Below, in pieces: positions 23,242 through 34,533 of a stretch of 64,000 bases of DNA (the stretch's first letter is position 1; each line of letters begins with the position of its first letter). The translations under genes were made by a program, and so were the position numbers. The notes under the pieces were generated by a model. That model searched no databases, was not told the DNA's origin, and saw only the letters and a program-made list of their open reading frames with translations. The stretch lies in the NCBI RefSeq assembly GCF_001194135.2, contig NC_069007.1, forward strand, positions 7,094 through 71,093. Reading direction: 5' to 3'. The DNA comes from Octopus bimaculoides. Its lineage: Eukaryota.

Positions 23242-23365
23242 ATTACTTTACCATGACATACAAACTGGACAATTTCGGCGATGAACGGGATAAGGATGAA
23301 AGGAATTCTTTTGAAAATAATCTTCGGAGCCTCAAAGAAGCCATGTCCGTTTGCGCATGCGTATT
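23242..23365 (-). promoter_or_regulatory. Putative promoter and first exon of ZNF-C
   Basis: TGCGCATGCG at 23352-23361; ATGGTAAAGTAAT with ATG at 23254-23252. Confidence 0.68.
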
Positions 23366-23611
23366 GAGGAAATGCTTTCCATCTACAAAAAGCTAGACAT
23401 TAGAGATACAATTACACTTTAGCGCCCCACCAATTTTCTTTCTTCATAATTTGAATATTTTTCTTTTTTCTTTTACTTGTTTTCGTCATTAAAACTGCGA
23501 CCATGCTGGGACACACTGACCTGAAGGGTTTAATCGAATAAACCGACCCCAGTCTGGTGCTTATTATATTAGATTTTTGTTGCTGAAACGCTAGGTTACA
23601 AAGACATAAAC

Positions 23612-23758
23612 GCAGGCGTGGCTGTGTGGTAAGCAACTTGCTTCCCAACCACGTGGTTTTGGGTTCAGTCCCACTGCATGGTACCTTGGGCAAATGTCTT
23701 CTACTATGGTCTTGAGCCTTGTTAGTCTATTCAGTAGACGGAAACTGAAAGACTGTCA

Positions 23759-23760
<2 letters not shown>
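23612..23760 (+). mobile_element. tRNA-derived SINE
   Basis: gcgtggctgtgtggtaag...gggttcagtcccactgc...ccttgggcaa...gtagacggaaactgaaag followed by (tg)n(ta)n. Confidence 0.8.
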
Positions 23761-23806
<46 letters not shown>

Positions 23807-23889
23807 CTTATTTTTGGTAGTTTTTTTTACTTATTTAGTCCCTCGATAGCGTGAGGCATTGATACACAGTTAATGCCCTTTATATATAA

Positions 23890-24040
23890 NNNNNNNNNNN
23901 NNNNNNNNNNNNNNNNNNNNNNNNNNNNNNNNNNNNNNNNNNNNNNNNNNNNNNNNNNNNNNNNNNNNNNNNNNNNNNNNNNNNNNNNNNNNNNNNNNNN
24001 NNNNNNNNNNNNNNNNNNNNNNNNNNNNNNNNNNNNNNNN
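23890..24040. other. Assembly gap (N run)
   Basis: N run inside (TA)n. Confidence 0.99.
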
Positions 24041-25717
24041 TATATATATATATATGAGAGAGGGAAATTTCTATTCATCCATTCGTAGTCAAAAGGTTCT
24101 TCCTGAGCTATAAGAACAATAATAATTACAGACTGGAAGAGAAATGCTACTCTGAGATTGCAGAAAGCTATTAATATGGCAACATATGAAATCAACTGTG
24201 CTACTTTTGTAGCAACAGAGGTCCTTGGTCATCTGTCCTAGGTTGTCCACCTCTAAAATATGTGCCAAATGGTTTTTATAGGGGACCAGAAGCCATATTC
24301 TAGAATGTTACAATAAAATTCTGTTCACACCATCTCTTCATGCCTATTTGCTTTGCTAATAGACTGATCACGTGAAACTACGGTGGTTAGCTTGTGATGT
24401 TTACCTGTATGTCCAGGGATCCAGTTTTAAGCCACTGCTACAGGATTGTAAGATCAGTTTCCTGGATTCTGTAGTGTAGATATTCCTCCTAAACAGGACC
24501 CCGATCTGTCACAGGATTACTCAGTTTTGTCAGCTGAGTGGACTGCAACAATACGAAATGAAGTGTTTTACTGAAGAACACAGTATATCACCTGTTCTAG
24601 GAATTGAAACTGCATTCTTATGATCATGAGTGCAATATCTTAACCACTAAGCTATGCACCCCCACATCTGTCTACAGTAATCATTGTTTAATTCACCCTC
24701 TTGTCATTTGGAAAAATTTGACCATGTTGCGGCACTACCTTTCAGGGTTTAGTCACAAATCAACCCAGTTGATTTTAAATTCTGGTTCTTATTCTGTCAG
24801 TCTCTTTAGCTGGACTGCTAAGTTATGGGGATGTGAACTGGTGCTATGAAATAAGCATCCAGTACACTGTAAAGTGATTGGCATTTAGAAGGGCATCTAC
24901 CTGTAGAAGCCATACCAAAACAGACAAAGGAGCTCAGTGCTGAATTCTGGCTTGTTATTTCATATCAAATTAAGTTATGCCAGCATGGAAGAAGAAAGTT
25001 AAATTAGAATGATGTTGATGATGATGAAATGTGGAAATTTCTTATCATCACAGACATGTGAAACCCATACCAGCATGCAAAAATGAAGATTAAAACATTG
25101 ATGGTGATGATTCACAAATTGAATCATCTTCATCATCATTTATTACCAACTTTCATGCTGCTATGAGTTGTATGGTTTGACTGGAGCTGTGAGCTGATCA
25201 TGTTTTATATTTGTATTGAGTTCAACATTATACTGACTCTCAGAAATTAGCAATTAGCTTAAACATCAAATCATGAAGGACTCATCATCATCATGTCCAC
25301 TTTTCCATACCTGCATGGATCAGATGAAATTTGTCAAGGTAGAATTTCTGTGACTGGATACTTTTCCTGTCGTTAAATACTCACCTGTTTCCAGACAAGA
25401 TATTTCCTTTTGGCCAGACATGTTTACACAAAAGATTGAAAGAACACTGCTTGTTTTTTGTTTTTTTATTGTGTGATGGTTGTAAATGAGTGTCACTCAC
25501 TATCTTATAAGCAAAAGCAGACACAAACACACACATATGTATGTATGTGTGTGTGTGTATACACGCATATATGTATACAGACAGATATACATACATACAC
25601 GCATACATACATACATACACACACACCTGTCCACTTAGACAGGAAAGTGTTGCTGTTTACTTCTCTCTACCACATTCTACTCTGGGTTCACCCATTTCAT
25701 TGATGTTGCTGATAATT

Positions 25718-26164
25718 TATTGGGTTGTCCGGAAAGTTCTTGCCGATTTTTAAAGGAAAGAAAAAGGTCAATAAATACTTGCCATTACATTTTTAATCAA
25801 CCAAATATGAACCATTTCGTTGCACAATGCGTCTCCATCTTTCCTTTGACTTGAAAATACCCTCCTCCCAGGATTGAAGTGGTTTCATGGCAAAGAATTC
25901 ATCAAGGTATCTTTATACGTCATCCAAGGAATTGAAATTTTTTACCATTTAAGACTATTCTGCATAGACCTGAATAAGTGGAAATCCGAAGGAGCAATAT
26001 CTGGTGAATATGGAAGGTGGGGTAACACATCCCAGCCAAGCTGCAGCAATTTTTGTCCGGTTCCCAAAGAAACATGAGGTTTTGCATTATCATGCTGGAA
26101 AACAACACCCTTCCTGTTGGCCAATTCTGGAAGTTTTTCTTGAATTGCTGCTTTTAACCTCGGC
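25718..26164 (-). mobile_element. Mariner transposon 3' fragment
   Basis: QHDNAKPH...HLPYSPDIAPSDFHLFRSMQN; TIR tattgggttgtccggaaag at 25718; truncated by the adjacent SINE. Confidence 0.88.
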
Positions 26165-26432
26165 ACAATTTGAAATCAGAACGTAGCAGCAGACGAAATA
26201 CCTATTTCTTTACTGCCCACAAGGGGCTACACACAGAGGGGACAAACAAGGACAGACAAACGGATTAAGTCGATTATATCGACCCCAGTGCGTAACTGGT
26301 ACTTAATTTATCGACCCCGAAAGGATGAAAGGCAAAGTCGACCTCGGCGGAATTTGAAGTCAGAACGCAATGGCAGACGAACTACCGCTAAGCATGTCGC
26401 CCGGCGTGCTAACGTCTCTGTTCGTCGCCTTT
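26165..26432 (-). mobile_element. tRNA-derived SINE, near full length
   Basis: The minus strand reads ggcgacgaacagag...ttagcacgccgg...acttcaaattccgccgaggtcgactttgcctttcatcctttcggggtcgataa, with a partial head duplication at the tail. Confidence 0.85.
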
Positions 26433-27899
26433 ACAAGAGAGAAAATTACCAGAGAACTTTCTAATTCTTCCAAATCTTTCTGTTAAAAATTGTAATGTGT
26501 TGTTAATCGCACATTGAATGCCGATTCAAATCGAAAGAATATCGTTTACTCGTTTCCTTTTGTCATTGAGCATTGAGGTGGTTGTGAGGTGTGCTAAAAA
26601 TAACAGCCAAATAAGATTGTTTTGAATAAATCTTTTAAATTAAAATAAATATTTATTTACATGTGACATAACACATGTTGTTTACAAATATTTACAACAC
26701 GTGCTTTTTTTTAGGATGTTGACGACAAAATGTGCAGACGTGCACAAAATAACAGCTTCCAAATCCTGTTTTACAACCGTGTGAAAGTGATCAGACTTTA
26801 AACCACTAAAACATTTAAAAAACATTTTCTGGGAAAAAATGAAATAAGTCCAACAATTCAGTTTGGGCAAGTGTATTATTGTACCAAATTTGAAAATTTT
26901 CGGTACACTTTCATCCTATTTATAAGATGTTAATTAAAAACTAGTTTGACAACAGTATAGTACGTTCATAATTTTAATCCTTTAAAATCAACAGGAAAAA
27001 TAAAAGGAAAATAATTTCGTAAAATAGTTAAAAAATTATAATAATAAAGGATTTCTTTCTCAAATAATTTCTCTACAGAAATGAGCAAATTCACTGCAGG
27101 TTAAGGGTCCTTTAAACCCTAAAGTTTTGTAAGTTGCAGCCGAAATGATTTCCTAGAATGAGGTTGAAAGTAGAGTTAACTCCCCTTGTCCGTTAATTGT
27201 GAAATCTTCGCCGAATTCTGTTGATTTCCTGCTTTTTGTTTCTTTGCACGTTTCTATTATTTGATCTGTTACACTTTACAACTGATATAAGAAAACCCAC
27301 TGAAATATATTACATGATTGGTAATTAGTTGTGTAAAGAAATAGACACAGCATTCTTTATTATGTTCACCTGAAAACTATAATTCAACGTTTGGACCACT
27401 TGAACATAATTGTCACATCTTTCTAATTAGCTTTCTCTACATTAAGATGTAAGTATCATATTTATATAAACATTTATATTGTATACGCGTTATTTTACGT
27501 AATTCCGTTTGTTTCGATTTACTAGAATTTCAAATAGACAAACTTCTCTAGAAGATAAAATATTCATCTGTAATAATAAAAATAAACAATTCGTATATTT
27601 ATATGTACCGGTGGGAGTGTGTCGGATCTGATTTTAAACATATAAGAATACAAATAGTAAAATATAACAGAAATGAAGTGAATATTCGAAACTGAAAATA
27701 TACCCAGGTTCTGTAATATACGTTGCGACATGGAAAAAAAGAAGCATGTAACAATAATAATCCTTTGTATTAAAGGCACAAAGCCTGACATTTTGGGGGG
27801 AGCTTGCTTGGTCGATAACATCGATAGCAGTACTTGAGCATTTTATTTTATCGACTCCAAAAACATGAAAGCACATAAAGACAGAGACGAAATGCCGCT

Positions 27900-28220
27900 A
27901 AGTTAGAATAATAATGATAATGCCAGCGACTGCGGGACGAGATAGGAAAGTAATGGTGATACTGGTGGTGACTGGAGCCTTAATAGCAGTTTTCAAGAGC
28001 CTTGAGAAATATATTAAGAATATTGCAACTGCTGTAAGGCTCGAAGTGATCCAGAAGACTGCATCGTTGGGTACAGCTCGCATTCTAAGAAGAGTGTTGT
28101 CTCTGAGTTACGGGAGAAGAAGGCTCTGCTTTAAATCTTTGGTGATTTGTTATTTCCTGTTTTCAAGTAAAAAACAACCGCAAACAGAACAGCGAGAATC
28201 AAAACAATAATAATGATAAT
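27900..28220 (+). mobile_element. 3' end of a restriction-like-endonuclease LINE (R4/Dong/NeSL-like)
   Basis: VILVVTGALIAV..SLEKY...IQKTASLGTARILRRVL followed by a (taa)n-like tail. Confidence 0.7.
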
Positions 28221-28728
28221 CTAGCACAAATGTATATCTGTTGCATTATATGATATATTTGAGCTTAACGATGTGCTAATAATTGACCTCTTAGATTATG
28301 TCGATATTATAATATCTACATAATTTAAGAGGTCAATTATGATGGTTAGTCTTCTGGGTAAATTTTGATACTTTCACCCGCACGAGTTTCACTAAGGAAT
28401 CAAGTAGCCTGACCTGATATGCCGGAAACCCCTTATTTTTGTTCAGTAAAAAAAGGGGTTGGTGGGTGGGGGGGAGGAACCGGACTTTCTCCTATCCCGG
28501 AATCATTGGAATTTTTTTTTTCCTTTGAATGAATTACGGTGACCTAATATGCCACAAAAACTTTTTTTTTTGGTCCGGAAAAGGGGGTGAGACGGGGTGG
28601 AATCCTCGGAAATTTCAACCCCCACACCTGTACAATTTTCACCAAGAAAAACAAGATGATTTTTTGCATGGAATCAAGTAGCCTGGGTTCATGGGTGGAA
28701 GGCCATGGTTGGGAGACTGGTGGTTGTA

Positions 28729-29010
28729 TCATGGTGGGGTGTGCAGATACGATAGGATGTACTTCCTTTCATATAGGCAAGGATTAAACACTTCGCTTCT
28801 GCTATTCAGGTAAATATCCGGGTGCTGGGTACCCTTTAAAATCGCTCTCTTCTCAGCCAGGCACAACCTGCACTTCCTGCTGTTATTGAAGTGCAGTTTA
28901 CGTTTCTCCAGTATCTTCCACTTTATGGTCACCATTTTTTTCACAGCAACCACAAACTGGATATGTCCATTCACCTCTGAATAGAAAGCACTTGTCAAAT
29001 TCCTTTCCAT
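28729..29010 (-). mobile_element. Penelope-like element, GIY-YIG C-terminal remnant
   Basis: KWKILEK...NNSRKCRLCLAEKRAIL...LNSRSEVFNPC. Confidence 0.75.
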
Positions 29011-30289
29011 ATCAACTAACTCTGATAAGTGTATGGTTATATAATTGGATTGTTTCTACAAAGTTACAAGCAAATATTGTGGCCACCCCTCTTGAACCTG
29101 AATAATTCAAAATAACGTGAACGAATAAGCATTATATTTGACAGATTAATATGAACCCTAGGCTTTGCACAGTTAGGACTACATGTGGGACATCATTCCA
29201 TAAAATTTGTTTATGGGGAGAAAACTATTGAAAAATATCAAAAGATGTGTGAGTGAGAAAGAAATGTGGAGGGAGGTTTTGGGATGTGCTAAAAACAACA
29301 GCCAGATCTCCCTTAAATCACACATTTTCCTCTGAAACTATTAATTTTTTTTTCTTTAAACTGAAAATGTTTTTCTCATGGGTGTTAAGGGCATAGAGAA
29401 AAAAATAATGACCAAAATTCTTTAAGATTGGGTTGGTGAGTAGGTGGTAGGAGTGAAAAAAATTTTTTTAAATGTGTGTCTTTTTTTTTTTGTGAAAAGA
29501 TGTCTCCGATCATCCTGAAGACTTTGGTAAAAAAAAAAAAACATTGGGAAAAATTCCAACTTATGTTGGCCATTTGATTCAAATATCCATTTTCAGAAAA
29601 CCCCCGTCCCCTTCCAAAAATTTTGCCTACAAATTTCTTTGTAATCGTAATCTACACTGTTTGAAAGGTGTTTGTATAAAATCTCATTAAAAAATACTTA
29701 CATCTATATACTCTGTGTGTGTGTGTGTGCGTGTGTGTGTGTATATCAATCTTGAGATTGCATAATTTTAGTTGTTCAGGAGAAGGTTTATACTTTACAA
29801 ATCTATTAAAAGTTGAAAGATAAATCTTCACAGTTGAATCTCTTTTTCTCAACTCTCCTCTCTTATTCTGTTTCTCTTTTATTTCAGAACGTCAGATGAC
29901 ATTCACAGAGGAGAATTCTTAACATTACATTCATCATAACTATTATCTTTTAATGATGAAGGCAAGATGTTAAGCTGAACAAATATAATCCTGTTCATAT
30001 AAATCCCTGGTGGATTACAATGAATTATTTCTTCTGAGTGAGATTGAAAAAGAAATATCTCTGTTTCAGTGTGTGGAACGTGTAAGAGATGATTTAGTTT
30101 TTAATTAAATTTCAACAAATTTACAAAAGAATTTTCACCATCTTCAGATATCAAGAAAAACGACAGTGGAAACATATTTCTAATGATAAAACTATGGATA
30201 CAAAAATCCAGAAAATATCTATATATAGTGATGAGAGAAGAAGAGTTCTACTGAAATGAATTGAGAATTCATTTTTCTTTCCTGAAGAG

Positions 30290-31705
30290 ATGTCAAAAGT
30301 GAAAGGAATATTATTGTATGAATGTGACATCTGTCAAAAACCATTCTCTCAAAAATGCAACCTTACCACTCACAAATATATTCACACAGGAGAAAAACGA
30401 CACCACTGTGATGTCTGTGGTAAATCGTTTTCTCAAAATACTCACTTAACTAGACACAAACGTATTCACACAGGAGAGAAGCCATATCACTGTGACGTCT
30501 GTGGTAGGTCATTTGCTGAAGGAAGCAACTTGGCTAAACATAAGTACGTTCATACAGGAGAGAAATCACATCATTGTGATGTTTGTGGTAAAACCTTCTC
30601 TCAGGCAGGTGCCTTAACTACACACAAACGTATTCATACAGGAGACAAACCCTATAATTGTGAAGTCTGTGGTAAATCATTCTCTCGAAATAATACCTTG
30701 ACTATACACAAATACATTCATACAGGACAGAAACCATATAAATGTGACATCTGTGGTAAATCATTCTCTCAAAGTGATACCTTAAATAAGCACAAATATA
30801 TTCATACAGGTGAGAAACCATATCATTGTAAAATCTGTGGTGAATCATTCTCTCAATATAATCTCTTAAATAGACACAAAAGCATTCATACTGGACAGAA
30901 ACCATATGACTGTGATATTTGTGGTAAATCATTCCCTGAAGGAAGTAGCTTAGCTAAACACGTACTCATTCATACAGGAGAGAAACAATATCACTGCGAT
31001 ATCTGTGGGCAATCCTTTTCACAAAAACCTCACTTAACCAACCACAAGCGCATTCATACAGGAGAGAAACCATATTGCTGTGATATCTGTGGCAAATCAT
31101 TCTCTCATACAGGTAGCTTAACTACACACAAATACACACACACGGGAGAGAAACCATATCGTTGTGATGTCTGTGGTAAGTCATTCTCTCAGAAAAGTAA
31201 TCTCTCCACACACAAGTATATTCATACTGGAGAGAAGCCATATCACTGTGATATCTGTGGTAAATCGTTCTCTGGAGGAAGTACCTTAACAAACCACAAA
31301 CGTAGTCATACAGGTGACAAACCATTTCATTGTGATATCTGTGGGAAATCATTCTCTAAAAATGACACTTTGACTAAACATATCCGCATTCACACAGGAG
31401 AGAAACCATATCAATGTGACGTCTGTGGGAAATCATTCTCCAAAAATAGTCATTTAACTAGACACAAACATACTCATACAAGAGAGAAACCATATCGCTC
31501 TGATATCTATGATAAATTATTCTCCAAAGAAGATCACTTAACCTGTCACAAACACATTCAAACTGAAGACAGACCATATCACTGTGGTATTTGTGGTAAA
31601 TCATTCTCTGAACAAAGCAGCTTAACCAGGCACAAACGTATTTTTAGCAATAATAAATGCTGGACACCAATGTTTAACAAAACAAGTTTGGACGAAGGAA
31701 ATTAA
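30290..31705 (+). CDS. C2H2 zinc-finger protein ZNF-D (471 aa; 14 intact plus 2 degenerate fingers)
   Basis: Intact ORF with TGEKPY linkers; acceptor tttcag at 29887 with the same leader motif as ZNF-A/B/C. Confidence 0.96.
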   Translation: MSKVKGILLYECDICQKPFSQKCNLTTHKYIHTGEKRHHCDVCGKSFSQNTHLTRHKRIHTGEKPYHCDVCGRSFAEGSNLAKHKYVHTGEKSHHCDVCGKTFSQAGALTTHKRIHTGDKPYNCEVCGKSFSRNNTLTIHKYIHTGQKPYKCDICGKSFSQSDTLNKHKYIHTGEKPYHCKICGESFSQYNLLNRHKSIHTGQKPYDCDICGKSFPEGSSLAKHVLIHTGEKQYHCDICGQSFSQKPHLTNHKRIHTGEKPYCCDICGKSFSHTGSLTTHKYTHTGEKPYRCDVCGKSFSQKSNLSTHKYIHTGEKPYHCDICGKSFSGGSTLTNHKRSHTGDKPFHCDICGKSFSKNDTLTKHIRIHTGEKPYQCDVCGKSFSKNSHLTRHKHTHTREKPYRSDIYDKLFSKEDHLTCHKHIQTEDRPYHCGICGKSFSEQSSLTRHKRIFSNNKCWTPMFNKTSLDEGN

Positions 31706-31729
31706 CCTGAATGCATGTGGATAAGGAAA

Positions 31730-32397
31730 GGAATAATCCTTTTCTACTATAGGCACAAGTCAGTGGGGCATTAAACTGTAGTTATGCCTTTTTTCAATAC
31801 TAGTTAACATTAACGGGGGCAGGGGGGGGGGGTAGTCGTCTACATTGACCACTACTGAGCTAGCGCTTATTTTGTCAACCCTGAAAGGATGAAAGTCAAA
31901 GTAGACCTTGGCAGAATTTGAACTTAGACTGTGAAGATGAACAAAACACTGTTAAGGATTTCGCCTGACATGCTTACGATTCTGCCAGCTCGCTGCCTTA
32001 ATAATCCTTTTCTACTATAGACGCAAGGCCTGAAATTTTGGAGGAAGGGGATAGTCAATTACATTGACCCCAATACTTAACTGGTACTTATTTTAGAATG
32101 TAATCAGATTGGAGCCTGGTGTAGCCACCTGGTTCACCAGTCCTCAGTCAAATCGTCCAACCCATGCTAGCATGGAAAGCGGACGTTAAACGATGATGAT
32201 GATGATGAGGATGAAGCCGGATGAAATACTGCCATCTCAATGACAGGAATAATGGTTCATGCCAGGGTGGCTGTGTGGTAAGAAGTTTGCTTCCCAACCA
32301 CATGCTTTCAGGTTTGGTTCCAATGTGTGTCTTCTATCGCCCCAGGCAAACCAAAACCTTTTGAGTGGGTTTTTTTTCAATAATAACCGAAAGAAAC

Positions 32398-32400
<3 letters not shown>
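31730..32400. mobile_element. Nested SINE / RTE-tail cluster 3' of ZNF-D
   Basis: Minus-strand SINE pieces (31730-32095), a young RTE tail with (gat)n (32106-32210) and a SINE head at 32258. Confidence 0.7.
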
Positions 32401-32436
<36 letters not shown>

Positions 32437-33014
32437 ATCATCAACTTTCACACACACATGTATATATATATATTATATGAATTTATGTATGTATCTGTAT
32501 ATATATATATTTGTAGTGTATGTGTCTTTCTGTTGATTTTTGACCACCACCACTGCTTGACAACTGATGTTAGTTTATTTACATCCCCATAACAGCAATT
32601 AGGCATAAGACCCTGATGAAATAAATACAAGGCTTTAAAAAATAAGTACCAAGATTGATTTATTCGACTACACCTTTCAAAGTGGTGCTCCAGCACAGTC
32701 ATAGTCCAGTGACAGAAGCAATTAAGAGCTAAACGATAAACTTATCCAATTAAAAAAAAACATAGACAAATAGGCACAGGGGTAGCTGTGTGGTAAATTG
32801 TAAGAGGCAAATGCCTTAATTTATGGCTTTCTATGTACGAGGTTCATAGCCTCAATGTGAAAATTTAATTTTAAAAGAACAGTTATAGAGAAGCAAGATC
32901 CGGCAGGCGGCTTTTGCCTTCTCCATCATATTTACCATCCATTTCATCTCATTAATGTGTTCGTCCAGCCCGCAGCTACTCTGTGTACTGCCTTTATGGC
33001 AAATCAAATGAAAT

Positions 33015-33232
33015 AAAGTAGCTTGCTTTCCAACCATATGCTTCTGGGTTCAGTCCCACTGTGTGGCACCTTGGGCAAGTGTCTTCCACTATAGCCTCGG
33101 GCTGACAAAAGCCTTGTGAGTGGATTTGGTAGACGGAAACTGTAAGAAGCTCGTCGAATATGTATATGTTTGTTCCCCCCCCCACCATCACTTGACGACT
33201 GATGCTGGTTTGTTTACATCCCCGTAACTTAC
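33015..33232 (+). mobile_element. tRNA-derived SINE
   Basis: gggttcagtcccactgtgtggcaccttgggcaagtg...gtggatttggtagacggaaactg...cttgacgactgatgctgg. Confidence 0.8.
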
Positions 33233-33729
33233 GTAAGACACCTTCCTCTATTATTCTTTTAGCTTCTCATCAACTGACACCAAACCATCAATACTCCCTA
33301 CCCCCAGTTAAGTGAGGTTTTCTTTTGTTGGTGCTACAAAGAAAGTACCCTCTACAGTCTGTTAAATGGTTGGCATCGAGCTGTAGAAACCCTGCCAAAA
33401 CAAAGCTTGGAACAGCTCCCCAGCTTCCTAGCATGGAGAACAGATGTTGATGGATCTACTTAACAGATCCTCCTGTATTTTCTTTTACCAAACACCAGGA
33501 ACTTTTCAACACATCCTCATGTGTATGTATGTATTTATTCGCCATGTTGGATCACTTACTCTACGTTTTTTTCATTCTCTCTCTATTCCCTCTTATTCCT
33601 TTCTGTTGAAGAGCTTAGGCTCAAATTGCAAAAGACTTTTTCCATTTTTCCCGAGCATCAAACTAATACATTTGCTTGTTGTTCCTACACCTGTCTTCAT
33701 CTTTTGTTTTCTATAAATTTGAACTATAT

Positions 33730-33744
33730 GTGTGTGTGTGTGTG

Positions 33745-33788
<44 letters not shown>

Positions 33789-34100
33789 TGTTTATATTAA
33801 TTTTTAGTAGATGCATTAGCATTTCACTAATACATCCATAAATCTTTATGGTATATATATATATATATATATATATGCTGGCTGTGTACATGTGTATATA
33901 TATATGGGCATGCATACATGTATGTTCGGATATGTACATATATGTGCATAAAGGTATATATATATATGTAGAGATGTGGATATGCATGTATACACATGAA
34001 TGTATATGCATATGTATGTATATGCACATCTACTCACCTGTGTGTGTATCCATAAAAATATATGCAGGTGTATGTGTGCTTAACATATGTATGTGTATCA
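33730..34100. repeat. Compound (TA)n/(TG)n microsatellite
   Basis: Low-complexity alternating purine-pyrimidine tract. Confidence 0.9.
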
Positions 34101-34357
34101 CAGTTAAGAAGTGATTGAGGTGAAAGATGGAGAATGAGAAATAGTGAACATGTTTTATTGTTGCATGTTGTTTCTAACATGTATTCTTAGATTTGTTCAG
34201 TTTGTAGAAAAAAAAAACAGAAAAAAAACACCAAAACTATGAGAGTTCTAATTCTGGCAGATTGGGTATTGTTTCGATTGTAAATGTTGATGTGTGTGTC
34301 TGATCAGGGATGGTGGTAACAAGATGTGATAACAACAGGACACAAAGAAAGGGTTGA

Positions 34358-34533
34358 TCAATGTTTAATAATAATAATCTTTCTCTCAATTTGTTTCCTA
34401 CACAAATGACACTTGTGAAGTCTTTCTCCACATTCTTTACAAGCGGTATGGCCACATTCAAAGACCATGTTCCAACGCCGCTCCATACAAATTGTACATG
34501 TACATGTGGTTTGGTCGTCAACTTGGGATCCCT
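34358..34533 (-). CDS. MIB2-like exon 9: second RING and stop
   Basis: CTICMERRWNMVFECGHTACKECGERLHKCHLC...KH*; acceptor tttcag at 34534, phase 1. Confidence 0.9.

Noticed and set aside
22683-26432. tRNA-like A/B boxes
   Set aside because: No closable cloverleaf, and they continue into SINE bodies; these are SINE heads, not tRNA genes.
7849-31352. Antisense or alternative-frame ORFs with MIYHRYH / YHSDMV repeats overlapping the ZNF genes
   Set aside because: Shadow frames of the 84-bp finger repeat, with no independent evidence.
18140-31705. Regular 84-bp periodicity resembling a CRISPR array or satellite
   Set aside because: It is the coding periodicity of C2H2 fingers; the DNA is eukaryotic, with no cas genes.
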